Positions 1 through 11,000 of a DNA stretch of 64,000 nt are shown here, one piece after another (within the stretch, counting starts at the first letter, position 1; the number at the start of each line of letters is the position of its first letter). The translations under genes were made by a program, and so were the position numbers. The notes under the pieces were generated by a model. It worked only from the letters and a program-made list of their open reading frames with translations. It searched no databases and was not told the DNA's origin. This DNA is from Planctomycetota bacterium (GTDB taxonomy: Bacteria > Planctomycetota > UBA1135 > UBA2386): assembly GCA_965228735.1 (NCBI GenBank), contig OZ245838.1, forward strand, positions 832,001-896,000. The letters run 5' to 3'.

Positions 1-171
1 TCGACTGGGGCACAGCTGGCGCCGAACGCCGCATCAACAGCCCGCGGTTCCGGGTGCCGGGGAGCATCGATCTGCGTTCGTCCGCAGCCGCGGCGCCGCC
101 GCGCTGATCCCACGGCTCGTCGTCGCGACCCGGACTCCGCCGGCGGCGCCGGACGCGCTACGCTCGCGCCT

Positions 172-2526
172 GTGAGTATCGCCCGGAGTATCCGTTTCGT
201 CCTCGCTGGCTCGACGCTGACGTTCGCCTTGATGTCACAGGGCGGCGGCGAGGCCGCACCCGTGCCGGACCAGGGGCGTGGTCGGCTCGACGCGCGCCGG
301 GTCACGTCGGGAGAGTTTGCACCGGCGCGCTTCGGCCCGGCCCGGTGGCTCGACGGCGCGCACTACGCGACGCTCGAGCGGAGCGCTGCGGGTCCGCTCG
401 AACTCGTGCGTTACGACGCGGTCTCCGGCGCCCGTGACGTGCTCGTCAGCAGCGCGATGCTGTGGCTGAGCAAGCGCGGGGATGCGCTGCGGATCGAGGA
501 CTACGCGTTCTCGCCGGATCGCTCGCGGTTGCTCGTCTTCGCTGACAGCGAACGGGTCTGGCGGGCCAACACGCGCGGTGACTACTACGTGCTGCCGCTC
601 GACGGCAGCTCGGAGCCGCACCGACTCGGCGGGCAGCTGCCGAAGTCGAGTCTGATGTTCGCCAAGTTCTCGCCCGACGGCCGCAAGGTCGGCTTCGTAT
701 CGGGCAACGATCTCTACGTCGAGGACCTCGAGAGCGGCAAGCTGCTGCAGCTCACGACGGACGGCTCGGAGACGGTGATCAACGGCACGTTCGACTGGGT
801 CTACGAGGAGGAGTTCGACTGCCGTGACGGCTTCCGCTGGAGCCCTGACGGTCGATCGATCGCATACTGGCAGCTCGATTGCGAGGGCGTGGGCGAGTTC
901 TACATGATCGACAACCTGTCGGATCGCTACGCGCAGGTCGTGCCCGTGCAGTATCCGAAGGCCGGCACGACGAACTCGTCGTGTCGGATCGGCGTCATCG
1001 CGGCGAACGGCGGCAAGACGCAGTGGATGAAGACGCCGGGTGATCCGCGCGAGACGTACCTGCCGCGCATGGAGTGGCATCCGGCTGGCCAGGAGCTCAT
1101 GGTGCAGTGGCTGCCGCGGCAGCAGAACCACCTGCAGGTGCTCGGTTGCGACGTCAGGACGGGCGCGGTCCGCGTCGTTCACGAGGAACGCGACCGGGCC
1201 TACGTCGACGTGCGCGAGGACTTCCAGTGGGTCGAGGGCGGGGAGCGGTTCTTCTGGACGACGGATTCCGGGTTTGGCGATTCCGGGTTTGGGGATGGCG
1301 GGTCGGGCGGCGCGGGATCGGGCGGGGCGCGTGACAAGGCATGGCGTCAGGCCGGCACCGTGTTCTGGGACACGCGCGGCAAGCACGTGCTCGTCACGGA
1401 GCTGCCGCTGACGCGCGGGTTCGACGTCATGGGGGTCGCCTACGCCGACATCGATCGCAACGTGCTCTACGTGCACGCGAGTCCGGAGAACGCGACGCAG
1501 AAGTATCTCTACCAGGCGGGTGGCCCCGACGGCGTCCGGCGGGTGACGCCGGCCGACCAGCCGGGCTGGCACGACTACTCGGTCTCGGGCGACGGCTCGC
1601 TCGCGATCCACACCTACTCCGCGTTCGACCAGCCGCCCGTCGTCGACCTCGTTCGCTTGCCGTCGCACGAACGGGTGCGGGTGCTCGTCGACAACGCGGG
1701 CCTGCGGGAGCGCTACGCCGCGGTCGACAAGGGCCGCTCCGAGTTCTTCCAGGTGCAGACCGAGAACGGCGACACGCTCGACGGCTGGGTGATGTATCCG
1801 ACCGGGTTCGATGCAGAGCAGCGCTGGCCGGTGCTGTTCCACGTCTATGGGGAACCGTGGTCGCAGACCGTCAAGGACACCTGGTTCCTCGGGCATCACC
1901 TGTTCCATCGCTGGGTGTGTCAGCTCGGCTACGCCGTCGTGTCGATCGACGCGCGCGGCACGCCAGCACCCAAAGGGCGTGACTGGCGCAAGGCGCTCTA
2001 CCAGAAGATCGGGATCGTGAGCTCGTCGGACTGGAACCAGGCGGTCTCGAAGCTCTACGACGACTGGTCGTGGATCGACCGCGAGCGCACCGCGATCTGG
2101 GGCTGGTCCGGCGGCGGCGCGATGACCCTGAACATGCTGTTCCGGTATCCGGAGCTGTTCGCCGCCGGCATGTCGGTCGCGCCCGTGACCGACATCCGGC
2201 TCTACGACACGATCTACCAGGAGCGGTACTGCGGCGACCCGCGGCAGTTCCCCGACGTCTATCGCGAGTGCTCGCCGATCCACTTCGCGAGCCACCTGCA
2301 GGGCAAGCTGCTGCTCGTGCACGGCACGGGCGACGACAACGTGCACTTCCAGAACAGCGAACGCCTGTTCGACGCGCTCGTCGCCGCGGACAAACAGTTC
2401 GAGTATCTCGCGTACCCGAACCGCACGCACTCGATCCGCGAGGGCAAGAACACCCGCAAGCACCTCTACGGCGCGCTCGCCGACTTCCTGCAGCGGCGCG
2501 TGCCGGCCGGTCCGAAGCAGCCGTGA
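172..2526 (+). CDS. S9B dipeptidyl-peptidase IV family serine peptidase, secreted
   Basis: Signal-peptide-like N-terminus; DPPIV_N motifs (NGTFDWVYEEEF, YPKAG); catalytic GWSGG, DDNVH and C-terminal His. Confidence 0.93.
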   Translation: MSIARSIRFVLAGSTLTFALMSQGGGEAAPVPDQGRGRLDARRVTSGEFAPARFGPARWLDGAHYATLERSAAGPLELVRYDAVSGARDVLVSSAMLWLSKRGDALRIEDYAFSPDRSRLLVFADSERVWRANTRGDYYVLPLDGSSEPHRLGGQLPKSSLMFAKFSPDGRKVGFVSGNDLYVEDLESGKLLQLTTDGSETVINGTFDWVYEEEFDCRDGFRWSPDGRSIAYWQLDCEGVGEFYMIDNLSDRYAQVVPVQYPKAGTTNSSCRIGVIAANGGKTQWMKTPGDPRETYLPRMEWHPAGQELMVQWLPRQQNHLQVLGCDVRTGAVRVVHEERDRAYVDVREDFQWVEGGERFFWTTDSGFGDSGFGDGGSGGAGSGGARDKAWRQAGTVFWDTRGKHVLVTELPLTRGFDVMGVAYADIDRNVLYVHASPENATQKYLYQAGGPDGVRRVTPADQPGWHDYSVSGDGSLAIHTYSAFDQPPVVDLVRLPSHERVRVLVDNAGLRERYAAVDKGRSEFFQVQTENGDTLDGWVMYPTGFDAEQRWPVLFHVYGEPWSQTVKDTWFLGHHLFHRWVCQLGYAVVSIDARGTPAPKGRDWRKALYQKIGIVSSSDWNQAVSKLYDDWSWIDRERTAIWGWSGGGAMTLNMLFRYPELFAAGMSVAPVTDIRLYDTIYQERYCGDPRQFPDVYRECSPIHFASHLQGKLLLVHGTGDDNVHFQNSERLFDALVAADKQFEYLAYPNRTHSIREGKNTRKHLYGALADFLQRRVPAGPKQP

Positions 2527-3032
2527 GCGGGTTCTTCGACCCGGCGGACCTGCCGTTCACGGGCCTGCTCGAGCGCGCGTTCGACGACGTGCTGGCCGAG
2601 CTGCAGGCGCTCGGCGCGGGCGCGTTCGTCGAGGCGCCGGACTCCCTGACGACGGTCGAGGACGGCTACGACGAGCGCGGCTGGCGCTACTTCGATCTCG
2701 TCGGCGGCGCTGCCGCGTCGTCGTCCGGCGAGCGCTGCCCGCGAACGATGGCGGTGCTCGCCGAGGTGCCGGGCCTCGTGAACGCGGGGTTCTCGCGCTT
2801 CGCTCCCGGCACGCACCTCTACCCGCATCGGGGCGAACTCGCCGGTGTCCTGCGGTGTCACCTCGCGCTCGTCGTGCCGCCCGGCGACCTCGGCATCCGG
2901 ATCGGCGACGAGACCCGGCGCTGGGAGACGGGCCGCTGCATCGTCTTCGACGACACGCTCGAACACACTGCGTGGAACCACGCGGCGGGTGACCGCGTCG
3001 TCCTCCTCGTCACGTTCGCCCGACCGACGTAG
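2523..3032 (+). CDS. Aspartyl/asparaginyl beta-hydroxylase domain protein (Fe/2OG)
   Basis: GTG overlaps the upstream stop (GTGA); motifs CPRT, PGTHLYPHRG, LRCHLAL, FDDTLEHTAWN, DRVVL. Confidence 0.88.
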   Translation: MSGFFDPADLPFTGLLERAFDDVLAELQALGAGAFVEAPDSLTTVEDGYDERGWRYFDLVGGAAASSSGERCPRTMAVLAEVPGLVNAGFSRFAPGTHLYPHRGELAGVLRCHLALVVPPGDLGIRIGDETRRWETGRCIVFDDTLEHTAWNHAAGDRVVLLVTFARPT

Positions 3033-3058
3033 CGAGAGTGGGGCCGGGCCCCTGCCCG

Positions 3059-5965
3059 CTACTGCGTGAACAGGTTGAGGTGCTGGTTGCTCGTCACGAT
3101 CTCGAAGTTGGCGTCGATCGTCACGACCTGGCTGTACCACACGAGGCCGGTGAGCGGGACGCCGGGCGGAGCCGTGATGGGCAGCGAGTAGTTGCCGCTG
3201 CCGTTCGTGTAGTCGAACAGGCTGATCGGGTTGCCACCGACGAGGATCGGCGGGACGCCCGGGAAGAGCGTCGGGCCGCCGTCGAGGCCGATCACCCAGA
3301 TGAACGGCTGGCTCGCGGGCGTCGTCACGTCGAGCGTGAGGTTGCTGCCCTGCTGAGCCATCGGCGGATCGAGGTGCAGTCGGGTCGACAACGGCGCGGC
3401 GCTCGTCGACGTGAGCACTTCGATGTCGTCGATGCCCCAGCCGCCGCCCTGCACGGTTGCGTCACTGTCGAGCCGGAACTCGAGCACGAGGTTGGGGCTG
3501 TTGTCGACGCTCGGCGGCAGTGACTGTTCCCAGGTCGTCCAGCCCGTGTCCTGGAGCGGTTGCTGCGGGCTGAAGTAGACCGGCACGCCGTTGACCCAGA
3601 TCGACAGGCGATCGAGGAAGCCGACGTCGACGCTCGCCCAGCGCTTGAAGCGCAGCCGCAGGTTGCTGTAGGCCGAGCAGTCGATCCCCGGGGACCGCAG
3701 GTACGAACTCGTGGACGGCGGGTAAGCGCCGGCCAGGTTGTTGCCCGCGCACGACGTGCCGCTCGCGGCACCCGCGGGGTCCTGCCACCACGAGCCGGCC
3801 GCCCCGGTCGGCGTGCCGATCTGCCAGTCGTCGACTCCCACCGTGGCGCCGTGCGTCCAGCCCGGTCCGCCCGCTTCGAAGTCCTCCGTCCAGATCGTCT
3901 CGTCGGCGTACGTCGCGTACTCGAACTCGCCGGTCACCGGCAGGCGATACGTCGTCGAGCCGCTGTGGACGGCCTCGAAGTGGTACGTGAGCGTCTGCGA
4001 CGACGGCATGCCCGGCAGCAGCGCGCGCCAGCCGTCCGGGGTCCCGCTCGGGATCATCACCTGCTGTCGCGGCTGACCGTCGTCGTAGTGCACGCGCACT
4101 TCGGTGAAGGAGCCGAAGCTCGGCACCGCGCGGCACTCGACGAGGCGCGGCGTGAGCGGCTGGTCAGTGCGCTCGAGCGGCGCATCGTGCGCGAGGAACC
4201 CCGGCAGAATCGGCGGATACGGCAGGCTGTGCGAGTTGCACGCGGCCGCGAGCTGCGCGTGGTGCGGCGTGCCGTTGACGATATTGCCGTCGTCGTCGTC
4301 GGCGATGAAGACCTGCGTGACGGCGGCCGGTTGGTTGATCGCGTTGGCGACGACGGACGCGAGCACCGTGTTGTTGCTGATGTCGATCGCCTGCGCGGTG
4401 CCGAACGCGCTCCGCAGGTTCTGCCGGTACTTCCAGGCGAAGCCCATCCAGGTCTGGCCCTGACGGTGCACGCCGCCGCCGGCCGGGTACTGGCGGCTGT
4501 TGTTGCCGGTCCGGAGCCCGCCGCCGCTGCTGTAGAAGCCGTGGCCGATCGTCGGGTCGTCGAGCAGATAAATGCTGCAGATGTCACCCCAGCCTTCGCT
4601 GAGGCCGTCGACCTGCGAGATGCCGCCATAGCGATCGTCGAGGCCGTGACCCCACTCGTGCGCGATCACCGACGCGCTCGCCGTGTTGTTGCAGCTGCCC
4701 TGCGCGCGGTAGAAGTTGATCGAGTTGCCGCTGTAGTAGGCGTTGCATGATGCCTGGATGTTGACCGTCGGTTGCACGCGGCTCGCGAGATCGAGCTCCG
4801 GCGTGTTGCCGAGCACGCTGCGCAGCAGCTCGTTGATGCGATCGACCCAGTAGAAGCACGTCGTGTGCGCGAGTTCGTTCTGCGTGCTGTTCACCGCGCC
4901 GAACTGCAGGGTCTGCGGCACACCCGGCTGCAGCGTCGTCGTCACGGTGAGCGCGTTGCTGCCGATGATCCGGTTGCAGTGGATGCCGTCGAGCTCCAGC
5001 GTCGCGAGCACGGGACTCGTGAGGTCGACCGTGAACTGCCCGTTCTGATCGGTGACGAAATCACCGATCCCGGCGAGCGCGATCTCGAGGCCGACGAGCG
5101 GCTCATTGGTCGGCGTCGTGGCGGGGGAGAACTGGGTGTGGACCCAGCCCATCACGGTGAACGTGGTGGGCACCGGTGCGGCGGTAGCTGCGCTGGCCGA
5201 GGGAGTCGGCCGATGGATCGAACACCCGAACCCGCACTCGTGCTTGTCGGAGCGCCAGGCCAGCACGCCGCCGGTGTGCGCGTCGACGTAGACGCGGCCG
5301 ATCGGGCCGTCGCCCTGCCGATCGACCGCGGCGATCGGGATCTCCCACGCGAGGGCCGGAGCGACCGGTGTCGCGCTGCCGTGATCGGCCCAGATCACGA
5401 GGCGACTCTTCTTCGCCGTGCCCGGTTGCGGCACCGCCGTGGGGGTCACGCCGCGGTCCTGCCACGCGATCGCCGTGGCGGCCTCGACCGTGATGCGCGG
5501 CTTGCCGTCGAAGGTCTTCGGGATCGGCACCGCCGTGCTGCCGAGGAAGCTGATGCGCCCGCGCATGTGAACCCGGACGTCGGCGCGGCCGCCGATCACG
5601 GGCAGGCCCGCGTGCGACTGCGCATACGTGAACGACCAGGTCCGGCCCATGCGCGCGCCCGTCCGCTCGACGAACGTGCTGGTGCCGAGCCCGAGCAGCT
5701 CGGACCAGCGATGCAGCTCGACGTCCGCGTGCCGCCTGGCCTCGGTCAGCGAGTTCGCGCGCCAGTCGACGAGGTCGTAGCCGCGACCGAAGACCTCGAG
5801 CGGTGTGCCCGTCGCGCCGTGCCAGCGCACGAGCCAGGGGCCCGGAACGGCGCTCTGGAATCGGGCCCAGGCCGCCGCGGTCGCGGGCGTTGGTTCCTGG
5901 GCCGGCAGGAGCGGACCGAGCAGAGCGGTGGCGGCGAGAGCACGAATGGCGAGGGAAGCGGACAT
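3059..5965 (-). CDS. Secreted M4/M36-like zinc metallopeptidase with propeptide, beta-sandwich module and C-terminal domain
   Basis: Signal peptide; FTP/PepSY-like propeptide (VYVDAHTGGV); CNAYY, HEWGH and GLSEGWGD zinc motifs; later DFEAG...GWGIDDIEV module. Confidence 0.85.
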   Translation of the reverse strand: MSASLAIRALAATALLGPLLPAQEPTPATAAAWARFQSAVPGPWLVRWHGATGTPLEVFGRGYDLVDWRANSLTEARRHADVELHRWSELLGLGTSTFVERTGARMGRTWSFTYAQSHAGLPVIGGRADVRVHMRGRISFLGSTAVPIPKTFDGKPRITVEAATAIAWQDRGVTPTAVPQPGTAKKSRLVIWADHGSATPVAPALAWEIPIAAVDRQGDGPIGRVYVDAHTGGVLAWRSDKHECGFGCSIHRPTPSASAATAAPVPTTFTVMGWVHTQFSPATTPTNEPLVGLEIALAGIGDFVTDQNGQFTVDLTSPVLATLELDGIHCNRIIGSNALTVTTTLQPGVPQTLQFGAVNSTQNELAHTTCFYWVDRINELLRSVLGNTPELDLASRVQPTVNIQASCNAYYSGNSINFYRAQGSCNNTASASVIAHEWGHGLDDRYGGISQVDGLSEGWGDICSIYLLDDPTIGHGFYSSGGGLRTGNNSRQYPAGGGVHRQGQTWMGFAWKYRQNLRSAFGTAQAIDISNNTVLASVVANAINQPAAVTQVFIADDDDGNIVNGTPHHAQLAAACNSHSLPYPPILPGFLAHDAPLERTDQPLTPRLVECRAVPSFGSFTEVRVHYDDGQPRQQVMIPSGTPDGWRALLPGMPSSQTLTYHFEAVHSGSTTYRLPVTGEFEYATYADETIWTEDFEAGGPGWTHGATVGVDDWQIGTPTGAAGSWWQDPAGAASGTSCAGNNLAGAYPPSTSSYLRSPGIDCSAYSNLRLRFKRWASVDVGFLDRLSIWVNGVPVYFSPQQPLQDTGWTTWEQSLPPSVDNSPNLVLEFRLDSDATVQGGGWGIDDIEVLTSTSAAPLSTRLHLDPPMAQQGSNLTLDVTTPASQPFIWVIGLDGGPTLFPGVPPILVGGNPISLFDYTNGSGNYSLPITAPPGVPLTGLVWYSQVVTIDANFEIVTSNQHLNLFTQ

Positions 5966-6213
5966 GGGCCGCGCCGATGATGCGTTCTGCCCGGGCCGTT
6001 GTCACCTCCCTGGCGCCACCGAGGCGGGGCTCCGCGCCAGAAGCGACCATGCCGAGGCGGGGTCCCGAGATGCTGTCCACCGTGTTCTCCGCGTGGCGGC
6101 GACCGTCGGCGACTCCCGGCCGATCAGCGCCGCCAGATCGGCGCGCGGGCTCGCGCGGCCCGGCGTCGGCTTGCGATTCGGCTGCCCGTGCGTAGATCGG
6201 GTGCTGAAGAGCC

Positions 6214-7548
6214 ATGACGTGGTCCGCACACTCGCTTCTCTCGACGCTGCCGCAGGGTGCCGGCCTGTTCAAACCGAGCGAGCAGGCGCAGGCGCCGCAG
6301 GAGCCCGAAGGGTTCTGGTTGTGGCTCTACGAGCACCAGCTCACGGCGCAGTGGATCGGGCTCGGTGGGCTCGTCGCGGCGGCCGTGCTCACCTGGTTCG
6401 TCACGTGGCTGCTGCTGCTGCCGCTGCTCGGCCGCCTCATCAAGCGGAGCAAGTTCACGTGGGATGACGCGTTCCTCGACGCGCGCTTCTTCCGCTGGCT
6501 CGTGAAGCTGTTCCCGGCGCTCGTGATGTTCTCGGGCGTCACGGTGGTGCGCGATCACTTCTATCTCGCCGACACCGCGTACGGCGCGATCCGCAACCTC
6601 GCGGCGGCCGTGATGATGATCTGCGCCGTGCTCGCGATGTGCGGCCTGCTCAACGCGCTGCAGTCGATCTACGCGGCCAGGGCCGGCAGCGCGCGGCGGC
6701 CGATCAAGGGCTACGTCGAGCTCGTCAAGATCTTCCTCGTCGTCGTCGGCGGCCTCGTCGCGATCGCGCTGCTGCTCGGCCGTGACGTCGGTGGGCTGTT
6801 GACGGGCGTCGGCGCGATGACCGCGGTGCTGATGCTGATCTTCAAGGACACGATCCTCTCCGCGGTCGCGTCCGTGCAGCTCGCGAACCAGAACATGCTG
6901 CGCATCGGTGACTGGATCGAGATGCCGAGCGTCGGCGCGGACGGCGACGTGATCGACATCGCGCTGCACACGATCAAGGTGCAGAACTTCGACAAGACGA
7001 TCTCGACGATCCCGACCTATCGCCTCGTCAGCGACACGTTCAAGAACTGGCGCGGCATGAGCGAGAGCGGCGGGCGGCGCATCAAGCGCAGCGTCGTGAT
7101 CGACGTCTCGACGATCCGCTTCCTGACCGACGAGGAGGTCGAGAGCTTCGGTCGGTTCGGGTTGCTGAAGAGCTACATCCTCGACAAGAAGCGGCGGCTG
7201 AAGAAGGAGAACGAGGGCAAGGATGCGGCGTCCTGTGACCTCGATCGGCTGCGGCTCACCAATGTCGGCACCTTCCGCGCCTACATGGTGCGCTACCTGC
7301 GCAGCCTGCCGAAGGTCCACAGCGGCATGACGTTCCTCGTGCGACAGCTGCCGCCGTCCGAGAACGGGTTGCCGATCGAGATGTACCTGTTCACCAACAC
7401 GACGGCGTGGGGCGAGTACGAGGACGTGCAGGCCGACATCTTCGACCACCTGCTCGCAGCGCTGCCCGAGTTCGGGCTGCGCGCGTTCCAGCGACCGACC
7501 GGGGCCGACCTCGCCGGGTTCGTGCGGGCGGAGCAGCAGGCCCCCTGA
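6214..7548 (+). CDS. Mechanosensitive ion channel, MscS family (YbdG/MscM-like)
   Basis: Several TM helices; IGDWIEMP, ADGDVIDI, KVQNFDKTI, FKNWRGM...GGRRIKRS, QADIFDH. Confidence 0.93.
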   Translation: MTWSAHSLLSTLPQGAGLFKPSEQAQAPQEPEGFWLWLYEHQLTAQWIGLGGLVAAAVLTWFVTWLLLLPLLGRLIKRSKFTWDDAFLDARFFRWLVKLFPALVMFSGVTVVRDHFYLADTAYGAIRNLAAAVMMICAVLAMCGLLNALQSIYAARAGSARRPIKGYVELVKIFLVVVGGLVAIALLLGRDVGGLLTGVGAMTAVLMLIFKDTILSAVASVQLANQNMLRIGDWIEMPSVGADGDVIDIALHTIKVQNFDKTISTIPTYRLVSDTFKNWRGMSESGGRRIKRSVVIDVSTIRFLTDEEVESFGRFGLLKSYILDKKRRLKKENEGKDAASCDLDRLRLTNVGTFRAYMVRYLRSLPKVHSGMTFLVRQLPPSENGLPIEMYLFTNTTAWGEYEDVQADIFDHLLAALPEFGLRAFQRPTGADLAGFVRAEQQAP

Positions 7549-7564
7549 ACTCTCGATCGGGGCG

Positions 7565-7918
7565 TCAGCCGCCGAAGTGCTCGGCGTAGGCGTCGGCGTG
7601 GAACCCGACGTGCCACGTCTTGCCGGTGCGGATCGCGGGCGCGCGCAGGTTGCCCGATGGACCGATCACCACCGAGCGCAGCTCGTCGATGTCGAACTCC
7701 GACTTCTTCGGCTGGAACACCAGCGTCTTCTTGCCCTTCGCGACGACGATCTTGCTCGCGTCACCGAACAGCTCCTCGACCGTGTCGGGGCCGAAGCGCT
7801 CCTTGGCTGCGTTGACCGTCTCCCGGACGGTCGTGCCGGTGCCCTCGAGGGCGGCGTCGGCACGCTTGCAGCTCGTTCAACCCTTGCGGTGGTAGTACCA
7901 GTCGATCTTCTTGGCCAT
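7565..7918 (-). CDS. ArsC/Spx-like thioredoxin-fold selenoprotein (UxxC); in-frame TGA at 7877-7879
   Basis: Manual translation gives MAKKIDWYYHRKG-U-TSCKRADAALE...GPSGNLRAPAIRTGKTWHVGFHADAYAEHFGG*. TGA is codon 14, at the first Cys position of a CxxC; the frame then stays open for 103 codons. Confidence 0.88.
7832..7864 (-). promoter_or_regulatory. Candidate bacterial SECIS hairpin of the ArsC-like gene
   Basis: mRNA CGUGCCG-acgcc-GCCC-UCGA-GGGC-ac-CGGCACG begins 12 nt after the UGA. Confidence 0.5.
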
Positions 7919-8062
7919 GGTATCGATGGATAGCGCGGCGCGTTCGGCTGGTCCACGGTCGATCCTGCGCGTTCGGAGTCGCCGGTCCCGGGGCTCCCAC
8001 CCCTCGCCCGTCGGCGGTACCCTCTCTACGGGGGAGCTTCGACTCGCAACTCAGGAACTACC

Positions 8063-11000
8063 ATGCCCGCCGTCCGCCTCATCGTCACATCGATCCTGGC
8101 CGGAGGTGCGCTCGCACCGCTCACGGCCCAGAATCTGATCGCCAATCTGCAGCCGGCCGGGGGGAGTGCGTCCGGCGGGTTCTTCGAGGGGTTCGCCGTC
8201 GCGGGCAACGGGGCGTTCGCGGTCTTCAGCGCCAACGGGCGTCACGGCCGTGAGCTCTGGGTGACGGACGGCACGCAGGCCGGCAGCGACCTGCTGGTCG
8301 ACCTCGAGCCCGGCGCGAGCGGGTCGTTTCCCGGTGAGTTCGCCGTGCTCGGGAACGAGGTGCTGTTCGCGGCGACCGTGCCAGGGCTCGGTCGTGAGCT
8401 CTGGATCACGGACGGCACGGTTCACGGCACCCGCCTGCTGCGTGACCTCGACCCCGGCTCCGGATCGAGTTCGCCGGACGAGCTCACGACGTTCGGAGGC
8501 TTCGTGTACTTTGCGGCCAACGTTCCCGGGGCCGGGATCGAGTTGTGCCGAACGGATGGCACGACGGCTGGCACCGGGATCTTCGCCGACCTGACGGTCG
8601 GCAGTTCGTCGCCGCGTGAGTTCGCGGTCGTGGGGAACGAGCTCTACTTCACCGCGATAATCGCAGGGGCGGGGCGCGAGCTGTGTCGCACGGACGGCAC
8701 CGCCGCCAACACGGGCCTCGCGGTCGACGTCGTGCCGGGGTCCACGGGTTCGACGCCGACCGACATCGCGCCGTTCGGGAGCGGGCTGCTGTTCAGCGCG
8801 TTCGCCTCCGCGACCGGCCGGGAGGCCTACTTCTCCGACGGCACGGCGGCAGGCACCGTGTTGCTCGCCGACCTGAATCCCGGGCAGAACTCCAACCCGA
8901 TCGAGTTCACGGACCTCGGCGGGCTCGCCGTGTTTCGCGCGACGGGGCCGGCCGGCCGTGAGCTCTACGTCACGGACGGGACGCCGGCGAACACCGCCCT
9001 GTTGCGCGATATCCGGGCCGGGATCAGCAGCGGGGTCACCACCGAGGAGTTCGTCCAGTATCAGGGGCGGGCCTACTTCAGCGCCGACGACGGCGCGATC
9101 GGTCAGGAGTTGTGGAGCACCGACGGCACGCCGGCCGGAACCGGCCCGGTTCTCGATCTGCGGCCCGGCAGTCCGGACTCCGCCCCGGCCGGGTTCGTCG
9201 AGATTGGCGGCGAGCTGTGGTTCGTCGCCACCGATGCCGGCGGTGATCGGGAGATCTGGAAGACGGACGGCACGGCCACCGGAACGGTTCAGGTCATCGA
9301 TCTCGAGGCGTCGTTCTCCGCCCAGCCGGAGGATCTCGTGCCGTTCGGTGGCGGCGCCGTTCTGTGTTCGGCCATCGCGCCGGGCACCGGACGCGAACCG
9401 TTTCACGTCGACGGGACCGTGCCCGGGAGCTATCTGCTCGTCGACACCAGGCCCGCCGCCGGCGACTCGAACCCGGAGGGTTGGACGGAGTTCGCGGGAG
9501 GCGCGTTCTTCGCCGCCAGCGTCACCGGGGTCGGCACGGAGGGATACGTGACGGACGGCACCTCGGCCGGTACGGCCGTCGTCGACCTGCTGCCGGGTGG
9601 CGGCAGCGGTAGGCCCGAACACGCCGTGGCGTTCGGGGGGCGCATCGTGTTCGAAGGCGACGACGGACCGAGCGGTCGTGAGCTGTTCTCAACGGATGGG
9701 ACGCTGGGCGGAACCATCCAGCTCAGTGATGTTCCGGGCGGCAACGGAGTGCAGCCGCGGTTCATGGTCGCAACGTCGACCCATGTGTTCTATCGCGGCA
9801 GCGAGGCGCAGTATGGCAGCGAGTTGCACGTTTCCGACGGGACCCCGGCGGGCACCGGTCGGTTGGCGGATCTGAACCCGGGCTCGCTGTCGTCGAATCC
9901 GAGCGACTTCGCCGTGGCCGGTGATCGCGCGTTCTTCGTCGCCAACGACGGGGTCAGCGGGAGCGAACTCTTCTCCAGCGATGGTTCGCTCGCCGGGACC
10001 GTCTTGCACGACATTCGCCCCGGCACCGTGGGCTCGTCCCCGGACGAGCTCGTCGATCTCCAGGGCAAACTCGTGTTCGTCGCGAACGATGGTTCGCAGG
10101 GTCTCGAACTCTGGTGCTCGGACGGCTCGGTGGCCGGGACCAATCCGATTGCGGATCTCGTGCCCGGTATCGGTAGTTCCTCTCCCCGCGACCTCACAGT
10201 TGCGGACACCCGAGTGTTCTTCACCGCCGCCATCCCGGGGGCCGGTCGGGAACTCTGTGTCACCGATGGTACGGCTGCCGGCACGGGACTCGTCGTGGAC
10301 CTCGTGCCCGGCGGTGTTGGCTCCGTGATTCGTGACCTCCGCGGCGTCGGATCGCGTGCGTTCTTCCTCTACGACGATGGTTCGGGGACGGGCGCCGAAC
10401 TCTGGACCAGTGACGGCACCGCGGCCGGAACGCATCTCGTGCGCGACATCGGCCCGGGCGCGATCGATGGTCCGATCCCGGGTTCGTTGACGTCGATCCT
10501 CGACGGGCAACTGCTGTTGTTCGCGGCGAGCGACGTCGCCAGCGGCATGCAGTTGTGGATCAGCAACGGCACGACTGGGGGAACGCTGCCAGTGACATCT
10601 TTCGGTGTCGGGGGGCGCGGTGCCGTCTCACTCGGACCGTTCCTCGATACCGGCAGCCGCGTGTTCTTCGCCGCCGATGACGGGCTCCAGGGCAACGAGC
10701 CGTGGGTCTTCGACCTCAACGGTTCGGGCGCGGCGTTCGTGCTCAACTACGGCCATGGCTGCTCGACCACTCCCACGACGGTGCCCCGGATCGGCTCGAC
10801 CGGCGGCCTCCCCTCGCCGGGGACCACGACGTTCGCCGTGACCCTCACGAACGCACCCGCGACGACCGCGGCGTTCCCGCTCGTGGCGTTCACGCCGGGA
10901 TCGTTCCTGCTCGGCTCGGGCTGTCGCCAACTCATCGGAGTGCCCTACATCGCGCTGCCGCTCCGCTTCACGGACCCGGTCGGTGACGCCCAGATCCCGA

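Noticed and set aside
3..107. 3' end of an upstream CDS (DWGTAGAERRINSPRFRVPGSIDLR...)
   Set aside because: Plausible but too short to assign frame or function with confidence.
7577..8000. ORF-track calls 7577-7933(+), 7620-7895(+), 7666-7956(-), 7761-8000(-)
   Set aside because: No recognisable motifs; the region is explained by the TGA-containing ArsC-like gene.
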